This document shows positions 1-21,544 of a stretch of 64,000 nt of DNA, piece after piece. Positions within the stretch are counted from its first letter, which is position 1. Each line of letters begins with the position of its first letter. The DNA is from the human T2T-CHM13v2.0 reference genome, Homo sapiens: the NCBI RefSeq assembly GCF_009914755.1, contig NC_060946.1, one strand, 5' to 3'. Position numbers and translations under genes: made by a program. Under the pieces are notes generated by a model, which did not search any database, had not been told where the DNA came from, and saw only the letters and a program-made list of their open reading frames with translations.

Positions 1-2175
<2,175 letters not shown>

Positions 2176-4484
2176 CATATTTGCATTTTAGAACAAGGAC
2201 AAGAGAAATACTAGAATTCCAGTCTCCCTCAGCCTTTGAAACCCTGCCTCGCATTAGTGATTCCTTCTGTGGGATCTGTTGCACTCTTGCTCTCGGCCTC
2301 CTTTTAAAATATATATGCTTCTGGCTGTTAACACACTAACTCCTTCCCCTGGACAACTTGGCTAGCTCACTTTTATCCTGACTTCTCTTAAATCTCTACC
2401 TCCCACAAGATCCCTCGCCCTCCAGGCACACAACCTCTCCAGGCCTCCATCCTTCCCTCTGTCCTCCCCTCCTTACCCTTCCACTTCCTCCACCCTGCCA
2501 GCTCCCTCCTTCCCTCCCTGTCTGCCGCCTCCTGCCCGCCACAGGATGCTTTCAGCTGGCTGGCTCCGCTGCCACCAAGGAGGTCAGCAAAGATGCTGGT
2601 GGGTCCTGAGGCTTCTGGCCTTGACCATGACCCTGCAGACCCTCTCTCTTTGACCTTCCCTCCTCTTCCCCTCCACGCCCAGCCTTCCTGAGCCCGCGTA
2701 CTCTCTCTGCACTGTCCCTGGCTTTTCTCACACAGCCTGCCTCTTAAAGTTGGATGCTTGTTCCTTGGCTCTGCCCACAGCCTCACGTGCCTCAGGCGAG
2801 CTCAGTCATGCCCCACATGCCTCTGAGCGCCTGTGTGCTCGGGATCACAGATGAACACCTTGGGGGAGAGGGAGGGGAACTGGGTTTGTTCAGGGTGGGG
2901 AAGGGGCCAGAGGGGGTACTACAGAAGAGCCTATGAGTTTGACCTTGACAGAGAGTTTGGATGTCACCAGGTGGGCAAGTGAGAGGATACCCTCCAGACC
3001 CAGGGAGCAGTGTAGAAAGAAGCAAAGGTTCAGGGGAGTGGGTGTGGCTGGCTTCTTCAGGGGATGGGAGTCCTCTGCCTCCGGCCAACCTCAAAGGTGG
3101 GAGTGGCCATAAGGAGCAGGCACCCAGGAAGAAGGGGTGGCCGAGGGATGGGGAGGGTCTTATCTGAATACACCAGGGTTAGGGGCCTGCTGAGGGCAGT
3201 GAGGCTGTTTGCGGTTATGCTCTGTGGACCTCTGGCCCCTGGCCCACCAGCAGCAAGCAAAGATCTGGCCCAGGCCCTGCCCCTCCTCCACCTCAGCACC
3301 TGCAATGGGGTGCGTGGGGAGCAGAAACAGCCAGGGTCAGCATTCCACCTCCTCTGGCTCTTCTCGGCACCCTGCACAGCCTCCAAGCCCTAGAATGAAG
3401 CCCCCAGGTGCAGCCACTCATCAAATAGACCCTCAGCAGCCAAGCACATCCAAGTCCCAGCCAAGACTCTGCAGCCCCTCCTCTGTGCTTGGCCTGGTGC
3501 TGGACTCGGCCTCAGAGAACCGGCTCAGGTGGGGCCTGGCCCTCCAGGCCCTCTGTTTTGGCAAAGGCGCCATCAGGGCTCTGGCCTGAGTGCACCCTGG
3601 GACAGTGAATCACCCCTGCCTACAGGGGGACTGGGGAGGCCATGGTGAGCCCCTTGGCCTGCAAGGACCTGAGTCTCAGGGTGCAGAGGAATAGGTGGGG
3701 CCAGTGGCTGGGCCCAGAGAAGCCTGGTGGGCAGGACCCCCACGATCCACGACCCATGACTCACGACCGAAGATGAGCACTGAGTCCCCTCCCTCACTGT
3801 GCCCTCGAGCCCTGTCCCTAGGGCCAAAGCCTCACAGACCCTCCCTGAGGGGTCCCAGGTGCCACGCCCTGAGGCCATCATGGTACTGGATGTACCTTCC
3901 TATTGCTGTCTGGGAGGATGCTGAGCACCCAGGCGGGGGGGCTCGTGGAGGTTCAGCGTACTCCAGAGACTTGGCCAAAGGCTCCCAGGACCCAAATCCA
4001 GCCTGCTCAGACCTTACCAGGAGCCCAGGCGCCCCACTTGCCAATCTCATGTCCATACCCCTCCCCTCCCTCTCACCAGGCTCACCCCGTCCCTTTCTCT
4101 GGTTTCAGCCCCATCTGGGTCCTGTTGCCCACGTCCCCACTAGGGTATGGCCTTGCTTAGATCCACAAGGAGCAAGCAGAGGGTCAGATCCTGCCTCCGG
4201 GTCCACATTTCCCCAGGATGCCTGTGTCCTCCCTCCCATTCACTACACAGGGGGTCTCATTACCCTACCAACGCTGGAGAGGAGCCAGGGCTCAGGGAGG
4301 GCAGAGGAAGGGCAGAGGACGACTACCCAGCCCTTCCATCTCCTCCCCCAGGCGCCCCTCCTGTGGCATCGCGTCTCCACCCTGCTCAGAGCTTAATTCA
4401 TCCTTGATTGTCACCATTTCCTGAGCATCTGCTGGGTGCTGGTCCCGTGCTGGGAGTCAAGGATTAGAAGCCACATGAGTCCGC

Positions 4485-4602
4485 ACAGTACCTTTTGATT
4501 TTTTCAACCACTTAAAAATATAAAAACCATTCATAACTCACAAGCCATACAAGAGGCAGTGGGCTGGGTTTAGCCCACCGGCCGTGGTTTCAACTCTTGC
4601 TC
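4485..4602. mobile_element. hAT-Charlie MER58-like MITE fragment
   Basis: 'caaccacttaaaaatataaaaaccattc...gggctgggtttagcccaccggccgtggttt' resembles the recalled MER58B consensus. Confidence 0.55.
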
Positions 4603-4619
4603 TATCTATAGCAACAAAA

Positions 4620-4985
4620 CGAACTTCAGCCATATCGTGGACTGGATCTATCTTAAAAAACATAATGCTCAGTGAAAGAAGCGGGTCACCGGAGAATACA
4701 CACAGTATCCTTCAATTACACAAAGTTCACAAACAGGCAAAGCTAGTCCATATGGTTTCGGGATGTGTACTAATGATAAAACTACAAAGAAATGCCAGTA
4801 AGTGATCCCCCCACAAGCTGGGATGGGGGTACCTTTGGTGGGGCACGGAGCGGGGCAGTGTCTGTGGGGCGAGGGGAGTAGAAGGGGCTCTGAGGCACTG
4901 GGATGTTCTCATTCTTGACCTGGTGAGAGTCACACAGGACTTTGTTTTCTAGTGCTTACCACGCAGCACTGCGGTTTTTGTGCGA
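4620..4985 (+). mobile_element. Old L1 (L1M) 3' end fragment
   Basis: 'atcttaaaaacataatgctcagtgaaagaagc...cacaaacaggcaaagct...ggatgttctcattcttgacctgg' is typical L1ME/L1MC 3' UTR. Confidence 0.6.
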
Positions 4986-5299
4986 TAGTTCACCATGACA
5001 GAGGAGACAGCAGTGAGACAGGACCCGCTGGGAGTGTGCCCGGACCCCTACCTGAGGGGCATTTGTGATCCACCCAACCACAATCTGCATCCCACTCCTG
5101 TGTCAGACTTCCCCTGCCGTCAAGCTGAGCCTCTCCCGGCCCTCCTGGCCCTGCCTTTTGGGCTCTCAGCCCTCATTCCCTCAGCCACCTCCCGCTCTGT
5201 CCCCACTCCGCGGGCAGCCTTTCCAGCACTCCCCTGCCTCTCCCCGCCCACCTCTGCCTGTGCCTCGAAAGTCCTTTATTGGGATTTAGACAAAGATGA

Positions 5300-7677
<2,378 letters not shown>

Positions 7678-9191
7678 TTATAGTTGAGACTGTTACAAAA
7701 GAGCTTTTCCCCAGTAGCACCCCATAAAACCTCTTACTGCTCGGTTACCAGGGTGTGCTGGGTGTCTTTTGGGGAGGAGGAACCACACAAAGGGAAAGGA
7801 TGGGAATTGGGGGGAAATTAAATTAAAAATGACTGTAGTTGAGACACATTGACACTAACAGGCTGCATTTCCGGGGTCTGGCCGTGTTTGCACCAACTGT
7901 CTGGGGTGTGGGGCGAGGCGTGCACAGGATTAAAGGAGATGGTGTCCTAGGGCTCTGGGCTGCAGCCTGGGGAGGTACACACAGGTCAGCCTTTGCCTCC
8001 CCAGGGTAAGTTTCCGGTGAAGAACATTCTTTACAAGTAAGAGGATCCTCTGAGCCTACTGGCCGAGGGGCCCAGCTTGGGGCTGAGGCTGGCCTGGGGC
8101 TGAGGCTGGCCTCTACTTACCGGCTAGGTCTTGAGCAAACGAACTGGCTTCCCTGGGCCTCCTTTTCCCTGTCCTTAAAATGGTGCAGGTGAGGACAATA
8201 GGAGCCCCAAGGGGTGCTGTGAGGGTGGCCAGTACGTGCCCTGCTAAGGGCTCCATAAAGCCTAATTTGTGGTCATGAGAGGGGGTGCAGCAGGACAGGG
8301 TGGGGGCAGCTCTTGAAAGCCCCATAAACTAAGAGAATAGAAAGGAAGGCACCCTGTCTCCACAGTGGAGGCCACCCCTTTGGCCAGAGGGAGGGTTGGC
8401 TGCTGCCCGGCCAAGGAGGGGCAGAGAGAATCTGGCAGAATTCACTGAGCCCTCGTGCTGGCAGCCCTGGAATGGGACCCTCCTGGGCCGTCCCTGGCCT
8501 GATGAACTGGCCCTGAGGCTACCTACCCCACAGCTTGGCTCGGATCCCGGCCACCCAGCTTCCAAGAAAGCCTGGAACCAGGAAAGGAGCGCCGCTGGCG
8601 TGGAAAGACACACTTGCATCCTAAAACACTTGGCCTCTGGTTGTGTTTCAGGAACTGGGAGGTGAGACCCTTTCTGGTGACTGACAGTTTTGTGCCTCTG
8701 GGCGCAGAGCCCTGTGGCTGGCCCTGGTATCCCCCCCTCCCCCCTCTCCCCGCTCTCCCTGGCCAATGCCAGCAACAACCCAGAGGGTAGCCCCACCACT
8801 TGCCAGGTTCAACGCAGTGTCCCCCGCAGCAGCCACGTGAGGTTCCTCGGATGGGGAGCTGTCCCTCCCCCCTGCCCCGCCCCTGGCCCCAGCCACACAG
8901 CGCCCACCCTCCTTGTTTAAGGGCCAGGAGGCCAGACTGCTGGGGCAAAGCTGTCACAGCAGCGAGGGAGAGAGCGCTGTCCCCCTCCCCTTCAAAAGCC
9001 ACCTTGGCAAGGCATTAGCTAAACATCTTCTCGGTCCCAGAAGGCTTCCCCTGTGAAGTCTGCAGCGTTCAAACGACAACCAGCAAATCCCCAGAGACAG
9101 GTCCCTGGGAATTAGCTGCGCCGGGCGGGATGAAAGCCGCTCTGATGTTCTGGAGCGAGAGAGTAGAGAGAAGGAGGAAGACAGACACTAC

Positions 9192-9312
9192 CTGCCAGTC
9201 GCAGGGTCCCGGGCAGCAGCAGCACGCCAAGGAGGAGCCAGGGGGCTGCGGGGAGCCCAGGAGGGCGTGGGAGGCCTGGCAGGGCCCGCCACCTCACAGG
9301 CTGGTTCTCCAT
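9192..9312 (-). CDS. NFAM1: NFAT activating protein with ITAM motif 1, first coding exon (signal peptide; 40 codons + 1 nt, phase 1)
   Basis: ATG at 9312-9310 opens MENQPVRWRALPGLPRPPGLPAAPWLLLGVLLLPGTLRLA(G), which I recognise as the human NFAM1 N-terminus. It has a hydrophobic signal-peptide core and is followed by donor CAG|GTAGTG at 9192/9191. A phase-1 leader exon is typical of Ig-superfamily receptors. Confidence 0.96.
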
Positions 9313-9720
9313 CTGGGGGCCTGCTTGTCTGCGGCGACTCTTTAGTTCACAGGAGGGGACGGCCGGCGCTGACAGCTTCCCCTTTGCTTTCCCCACGAAG
9401 CTCCTCCCTGGCAGCCCCTGACCTTCCGCTCAGAAGCAAAGCTGGAACAGCCCAGCAGGGTGGCCGCCAGATGAGGAACCTGGCACTGAGACTGGTCCAG
9501 GCCACACAACCAGAAGAAGAGCTGGAGACGGGACCCAAGCCTCCCCACTCCAACCCCTGGTGGGCTTCACCCTGTCTCGGCCCCTTTCCAGCAGGGGCCC
9601 CGTCCAGGAGACACTGGTAACTGTGCAGAGGGATCATGGGATTTCCATGAGTGACTTCGGGCCTTGGTTTAGCCTCTCACTTCTGAAACACTTTTAAAAC
9701 GACCACAAGCATGTTCACAC
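9313..9720 (-). promoter_or_regulatory. NFAM1: NFAM1 5' UTR and proximal TATA-less promoter
   Basis: Immediately upstream of the ATG. PU.1-type AAAGGGGAAG (minus, 9376-9385), kB-like TGGGATTTCC (9637-9646), RUNX ACCACA (9702-9707). No TATA box seen. Confidence 0.7.
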
Positions 9721-12049
9721 AAACTTCTCTAAAATATTCTGAGAATCCCTTAATAATGTGTTTACCAAAGGTAGGTTTTTTGGTGAGGGGTGGTAGGGAG
9801 GCTGGGGTGAAGGGCAGGAGCCTCATGTTCCCAGCCCTAGAGAGGGCCAAACACCCAGGGCAGGTGAAAGGCAGGCTGCCCATCATTCACCCAGCGAGAA
9901 CCTCTGTGGGTCCCCTGCAGAGGCCCAGGAGACGCCTCCTCTCTGGTCCATCTCTAACGTCAGCTCCTCCCTGTGGCTGCCCTAAAGCTTAGCTCACTCG
10001 GCCTCCCAACTGTGAGACCCTCGAACTGCTTCCCCATTGGCTGCAGGTCACAGCCCCTGCTCTCACTTCTAGCAGCATCAGCCGGGGACAGGAATTGTTT
10101 GCTGCCGGGACCCCCTTCCCCAGCAGACTGGGAGTCCCTCACCCTTGGCACCCACACATCTGCCTGCGTGTCTGGAGTGGCAGAGGAAAGGGGCTGGGGT
10201 GTGGTGATGGCTGGTGGAGCTGGAGGCACCTGGTACATGGAAGACGCAGGCGGGAAGGTGGCTGAGTTTCAGCGCATGCTGAGCGCTTACCTCCCTTCTC
10301 TGCAGGTGTCCCTTCACTCACCAGATAAATGTGATGATCCCAGTTGTACAAAAGAGAAGACCTCGGCCCCAGGAGGCAAAACAACATGCCTAGGATCAGG
10401 GCAGGTCTGTGGGGCGGGCATTTGAACTGCCAGTGGTATGATGTCCGAGCCTTCTCCCACCCTGCTACTGCCTGCTCAGGTGTGTCCAGCTGCAGCCCCC
10501 GGTGACGGCATCATGAGATCCATTTCAGTTCTTTGCACACATGCTTTTCCCTGGGCTGCTCCAAACATGAACAGTGAAAGCCTAAAGACGTTTCCACCAA
10601 TGCCACGAGCACTGGGAGGCTGGCAAGAGCAGGGGCCGCCCACCAGGGGAGGAAGACATATGAACAGGAGAAGTTTCCTACCGCGCAGGGGGCAGGCGGG
10701 GACCCCAGTGTTATTGACTGTTGATCCATCACAGTGATACATGCTCACATATGTCACAGTGAGATGCAGACCCGCTGCTTCACGCTATTCCTGGCTCCTG
10801 GGAGTAGCAGGTTGTCTAAGCACCTTGATGCCATGGTGATAGACCTCGTGTCAATGCCTCAGGGTACACGGGGAGCATTGGAAAAGCATCGGTCTGTGCC
10901 TCTACAAGTCTCATTACGACTTGGCACTGGGAGGCAGCTGAATGCCAAACTGCCTCGGAACAAGGGAGCCTGCTCTTCCAGCCCTGGTGCCGCCTCCGCT
11001 CCTGCCCCTGTGCCAGCTCACTGACCCTACCTCTCAGCCTGTCACGGTGCCCCCCACACCCCAACTCTGTACCTCGGACTCCCGGGAGTTCTGCCGCCTC
11101 TGAGTCTGGGTCTAGCCTGCTGCACACCTGGTTTCCACGCTTGCCTGCCTGAGCTGCCTGTCTTCCTCCCCTCTCCTTCTTGAGCCTGGCCCAGGGGGTG
11201 CAGGAATGGACGGATGGGTGAGCATAAGGCAGGGAGAAGCCTTCCTCCAGGCTTGATATGAAGGCAGGTGCCCAACACCACGCTGGTGCACAAGAGGCCT
11301 CAAGGGAAGGGGTAGCCTCTGGGAGGCAGGGTGGGAGGAGGCGTGCATACTCCCCAGGCAGGCCCTGGGCTGTGGAGCGCAGACATGACTGGACAAGAAG
11401 CAGCTGAGGGTCCCAGCTCATTGCCCAGTTTCTGAGACGCTCTGCAGCCACGCAGCCTCCTGGGGAGAGGCAGGGACGCACCTTGGCAAGGAGCCCAGCA
11501 GCCCTGGCTGCGCTGTCGGGGCCTCGTGTCTGGCCCTGATCCTCCTCGGGAGCCAGGGGGATAGAAATAAAACCGCAGCGCATCCAGGAGCCTCATTTCT
11601 ACCAAAACTTTCTAGCACCTCTCATGTGCTTCCTCTCCTGTGCCCTCAGCCAGAGCTGTGAATAAACAGTAAAGGCCCCAAAGGCTGAAGGCGGAGCAGA
11701 GGAATGAGGAGGCTCTGTGGGTGTCCCAGGGGCAGCTTCAGTGGCACAGCCTTCGAGCTAGGCCTTGGCAGCTGAATTTGCAGGTGAGGTCCCTGGGGAC
11801 CACACGTCTCAGCCACTGGCTTTTGCCCAGACCTCCGTCCATTCCCCGTTTATCCGTGCATCTATGCCTCACAGTATACTGAACACCTGCCCTGCCCTGG
11901 GCCCTGGCCTCACGGAGGCTGTAGAAGTGAAAGAGCCTAGCCTCCCTGGGAAGCCTAGGGGCACGGCAACCTCAGCAGAGTGAAGCAATAATAGAGCAGT
12001 TCCGGGAAGCTTCCAAGCGCCTGACACTGCTCCAGGGGACCTGCTCTCC

Positions 12050-13830
<1,781 letters not shown>

Positions 13831-13918
13831 ATTCACCTGGTCCTTTAATCAGGGCAGATATTATACGCCTCAGCTGACATATTTAGTGAGGGAGAAAAAC
13901 AGTGACTCACCTGCTTGA

Positions 13919-14458
<540 letters not shown>

Positions 14459-14599
14459 TGACACAACCATGTCCCTGAAAGAGACGAGCACAGAACCAGG
14501 AGGCCCTCAGACAACAGACGCCAGAGCCACCAAGTCCCCCACTAACGGTGCCACCCACTTCCCCTCCTGGCCACGCAGGACGGCCCCAGGGTTGGCCTG

Positions 14600-15060
14600 T
14601 GCTGATGGTGCCACCTGGTGGTAGACATGGGAACGCCCTCACCTGAGATTTCCTCTCCGTGACCCTTCTTCCCCCTCTAGGGGTCCTGGGCTGCCCTGAG
14701 GCCACCGCCTAGCAAGATCAAGATAGGGCTTGAGCGGCAGTGGGATAGGGCAGTGGGGGTTCCGGGGGGGTCCGGTGCAGGCAGAACCAAGAGTGTGCCG
14801 GCGGAGGGCTGTCGGTACAGGGTGCAGGGCGTGGCGGCTGCAGGACCTCAGCTTGCCTCTTTAAATCCCTTCCTGGGCACCGCGGTGGCCCGGCCCTTTC
14901 CCCTCGTGCTGTTTCTGCTGGAAACGCCGCACAGTCTCCTCGGGGGCAGCCGCCAGCGGAAACGGTTATTGGCCGCCAGGCAAGCCAGTCCCATCCTTCC
15001 CAGCAACTGGGACTTTCCGGGCAGGGCTCCCCAGCGCGGGTTCAGCTAATTAAGGAAGCA
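14600..15060. promoter_or_regulatory. CpG-rich candidate alternative/bidirectional promoter
   Basis: Local CpG enrichment. GGGACTTTCC at 15009-15018, CCAAT on minus at 14968-14972, TTTAAA at 14860-14865, minus-strand donor CAG|GTGAGG at 14643/14642. Confidence 0.55.
14608..14621 (-). promoter_or_regulatory. CTCF core motif
   Basis: Minus strand reads CCACCAGGTGGCAC, an exact match to CCASYAGRKGGCRS. Confidence 0.55.
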
Positions 15061-15294
15061 ATTAGCCTCCCCTGAGGCTATTCATGCTTCCTCACCCACA
15101 GTTCTCAGGTTCTGTGAGACCAGAGCCTCAGTCTCCCGTGAGCAGAGGGTGTGTGTGTGGCTGCCACTATTCTGCAGACACGCTGGCTCCACCCCAGAGA
15201 GTTGCAGGGCCAGGAAATCTGCATTTAAACAGACCCTGGCTCTCACACTTCGGAAACTGCCCGAAGCACCTCTCAAATATGGGACAGGTTTGAT

Positions 15295-15468
15295 ACTCCC
15301 TCCCCCTCTCCGTTCCCCCGCTTCTCCCTTCTTCGCCCTCCTTCCCACTTCCTCCCTCCTCCCCGCCCCTTCTGCCCCCCACCTGCCCTCCCTCCCTCCC
15401 TTCCATCCTTCCTCCTCCTCCCGGCAACCTTTCTCCCTTCCCCACTCCCTCCCCTCTCCCTCCTCCTT
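15295..15468. repeat. Polypyrimidine/polypurine low-complexity tract (G4/H-DNA potential)
   Basis: ~170 nt of almost pure C/T on the plus strand with many CCC runs. Confidence 0.85.
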
Positions 15469-15687
15469 GTAGGGACAGCGCCGCGTCCTGGGAAGGGCAG
15501 GGGCTCTGGCGTGAGCTCAGTTTGCATCCCAGCCTTGTCTCCTCAGGCGTTGAAGTGGGGGGCAGTTTCTGCATCCACAAAATGGGGATGAAATACCCAC
15601 TTTGTCAGGGTTTAGTGAAGAACAATGGAAGTAAACGAAGTGAGAGCACTCTGCAAACAGTGAGATGTTGATAGAAAAGTAGTTTTA

Positions 15688-16613
<926 letters not shown>

Positions 16614-18819
16614 AAGATGCTGTTTTAGGACCAGAAATCTCCCAGGGGTGTGCAGATCAACAGTAATCCCAGTCTGCCCTCCATCGTCGGAATAGAATCA
16701 GAGGGAGGGAAAATCCGCCTTTGGATCTCTGGACCATGATCTTTCCAGCAGGTCACAGGTGACCAAAGGCTTCACTTGCAGAAGCCCCCTCCCCAGGAAA
16801 CTCCCCTGGGGCAAAACGAAAGTGTTTTGGGCGTTTTTGTCTGCCTGGCAGGGAGCCTGTGCCTGAGTCACTGTTTCTCTTGAGCTTCCCTTTTCTTTTC
16901 TTTCCTCCCGGTGTCTGCTGATTTTGTGTCAAACAAGGAGCATGGGGCCAGGCCATCTCTGAGCTGCCCGTGGGACGGGGACTTGGGCACTTGCCAGGAG
17001 CGGCTGGCCTAGGAGTGGGCGGGAGGCCCTTGGTCACCCACCCCAGGGCCTGGCTTCAGGTGGCCACAGCTTTCTGACCCCCTTCTGGGCACTGGGCCAC
17101 CAGCTGCTGGGCATGGCCAGTGAGTGAGGGTGAGGGCAAGATGAGGAAGAGGTGGCGTAAGGTGGGAAAGGATTACTTGCCAGACGCTTGGCTGAGTCTG
17201 TTCTCTAAGCCATGCTGCGAGGCAGGTGCTATTGTGTCTGCATTTTGCGGATGAGGAAACTGTGGCTCAGAGAAGGGAAGTCACTGTTTTAAGGTGAAGT
17301 GGCCAGTGGAGGTGGGGCTAGGGTTCGAATCCTAGGATCAGGCACACTGCCTGGGGATAACCTCTAGAGGTGTCTGTGCTTCCCAGCTAGACCGGAGCTC
17401 GCTGCAGCCCCTCACTTTTTCCCCGGTCCTGCTTCAGGCCCCACTTCCTCTCTGCAGGTGCTTAGGCCGAAAATCAGGAATCTCTTGAATGAATGCATGA
17501 AGGTGGAGCCCTTTCCCTTAATGCGCAGGTGAAAAGGGCACCTCGGTGGATTCTACTAAATTTAATAGAAGGTAAGTAGGACCTGGGTCACACCGGCTTG
17601 TGGAAAGTGGAGGTCAGAATCTGAGAGGCTGCGTTTGGCACTAGGTGGGAAGGAGCTGGCTAGGGGGCAGAGGAAAGAGGGCAGGTGGCTTCGGATCCGG
17701 GGTCTCTCTTTCGTTCAACTCCGTGGGTGTTAAGGGAGCCCCATGGCGGCCTGGGCAAGCGCTGAGAGCACCTGGAAAGAGAACACCCCGCTGGACCCTC
17801 CTCTCCCCTCACTTCCAGTTGCACAGGCGAGGCCCAGCCACCTGGACGCAGGCCCAGAAGCCCAGGAGGCGGGCTAGGGGAAGGAGGGGTTTCCTGGGTC
17901 ACCAGCCCCTCCCCACCGGGTCCCTGGTTCGCAGGAGGCCTCGAGGCTCGGTCCCCTGCCCGCCCCCTCTACTCTGTTTCCCCACTGCCCACAGCCTGGC
18001 CTGGTAAACAGCCCTTTCCCTGGGAATTTCTCCCCAGCATCTCCGGCAGGTGTGGATGGGGGTTTGTGGCCACCCAGCCTCCCCTTCTCCAGGCCAAGAC
18101 ATCCCTGGTCCTGTTTGTCCTCCCAACATGGCTTCCAGACCCTTCTCCGTGGGGGACCCCAGCCTGCATTTCCGGTTCAGATAGGGTCTGACCAGGATGG
18201 AGGTTGGAACTGTGGTCCCCTCACCATGGACACATGGCTCCTGGGAGACCCCTGGCTCCTTTCGGGTCCCCCATTTCCTTCCAGCTGGGGTCAGGGCCAG
18301 CCAGCTGCAGGATACCCTCTGCTGTGCCCCTTCTGGGCCCCAGGAGGCCCTTCCTTCCTCTTGGGATGAGGGCGCCGTCCCTACATGCTTGTCTTGTGGG
18401 TGCCTGGTGATGCTGAACCACCTGGGCCTCCCTCATGGCGAGGCCCTTCCTTCCTCGCAGGGACCCATTCGGGGTGGCCCTTAGGAAGGGAGCTGTTTTG
18501 GAAGACCCCTTGACTGCCCTTCTCCTCTGTCTCATCCTCATTCCAGGACCTTGCTCAGTGGCTGAGATTGTATACTCGTCATTTTGATTTAGAAAAAGAC
18601 ATGATCAGGTTCTGGGATCTATTCTCCCTAAGGATGTCTGGCCAGGGTAATAGCCCTGCACTGAGCAGAAGGCATGGAGACCACAGGGTGGGCCACAGAG
18701 CAGGAAAGATCGAGGGAAGGGGCAAAGAATGGCAGAGGTGAAGGAATCCAGAGTACTCCAGGTGCTGCACACACACCAGACCTCACAGCCCCCTGTGGAG
18801 CTCAGATTATTCCCTTATT

Positions 18820-19036
<217 letters not shown>

Positions 19037-19204
19037 GGTTATCCCCATTTTATAGGGAAAGAACTTGAGTCTGCAAGAAGCAAGTCACCCAGGATTCTCA
19101 GGGCGAGGAGGAGGCTGAACCAGGATTTGGACCCAGATATCTCTGGCTCTCAAGCCTCCTCTTTTCTATAAACCACCTGTTTACAGCACAGAGGGAGCTG
19201 GTCA

Positions 19205-20560
<1,356 letters not shown>

Positions 20561-21544
20561 CATACAAGCAAGTGGAGTCTGGGGACCACTTTTTGGCTGT
20601 TCTAGAGAAAGTGCCCCAAAGAGGATTCAGCAGCCAGACTCCTGTTAGTTTTCTCATCTCACTCAGAAGGCTCAGCCTCTGAAACAACCATTCCAGGACT
20701 TGGAGGCAGGGGATCTGGGTTAAAGGCCCAGCTCTGCCGTTTCCTAACTGTGGGGCCTTGGCAAGTGCAGGTCCTGTGAGCTTCACCAGCCTCATTAGCA
20801 AGAATAGTTCATGTTCCCCTGCCACGGAAGTGCCCTGTGAACTAGAAGAGAGCATGGGCAAGTATGGGGTTAGTCTCGCTAACAGATCAGCCAGCTTCTG
20901 TCTGGGCAATTCTGTCATTTAGGGTTTTGCTGGGGTGGCCCCGGGAGTCGTTTGGGAGTTCACCTATCTCCCCAGGCATGGAGAAGGGGTGGTGTTTCTG
21001 AATCAGGATTCTGAGCTGAACTGCAAACCTGACTGTGCTCCAAGTTTCTTGGACCAGCAAGCCCAGCTCCCAGAGTCCCGCTGCCCTGGCCTGAACCCGC
21101 CGCTCCACACCCCGGGCTCTCGGCAGCCGGGCGGCTCGTGGGAGGAGGCGCCATGAGCCTTCTTGCATTTCCTGCTTCAGACTTGATGGATTACAGAGGA
21201 CTCCTGCTCCAGCTGTGGGGAACTCCAGCCCGCACTTTGCCTCCAGCCCGATGGTGCAAGATCCAGCTTCTCTTCAGCCTGGCATCAAACGTCTTTTTGA
21301 TCAGCTTTTCATCCATTTTCTGAAAATGTAGTGATTGAGAGATGTTCTGAATCTTGCAGAATTCTGTGTCGCACCCTGGCCACACATCAATGCAGGCCTG
21401 AACCTGACCCTGGGTGGACTCCCTGCTCTCTGCCAGCCCCTTTCTCACCCCTGGGTCCCCACGGCCCCTGGCTCTCTCCCCTCTGCTAGAATCTCGCTGA
21501 GGGATTGGTGGGGAGGGGGTGGTCACGCACTGGGTGGAGATCTG

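Noticed and set aside
3695-4396. 233-aa plus-strand ORF in intron 1
   Set aside because: GTG start, Pro/Ser-rich, no homology recognised.
9313-9396. In-frame upstream extension of the NFAM1 ORF (MGKAKGK...)
   Set aside because: Starts at GTG, overlaps the likely promoter, and would bury the signal peptide.
10816-11583. 255-aa ATG ORF on the NFAM1 strand
   Set aside because: GC-rich, A/G/P/R/S-biased, no recognisable domain, overlapped by ORFs in other frames; consistent with chance.
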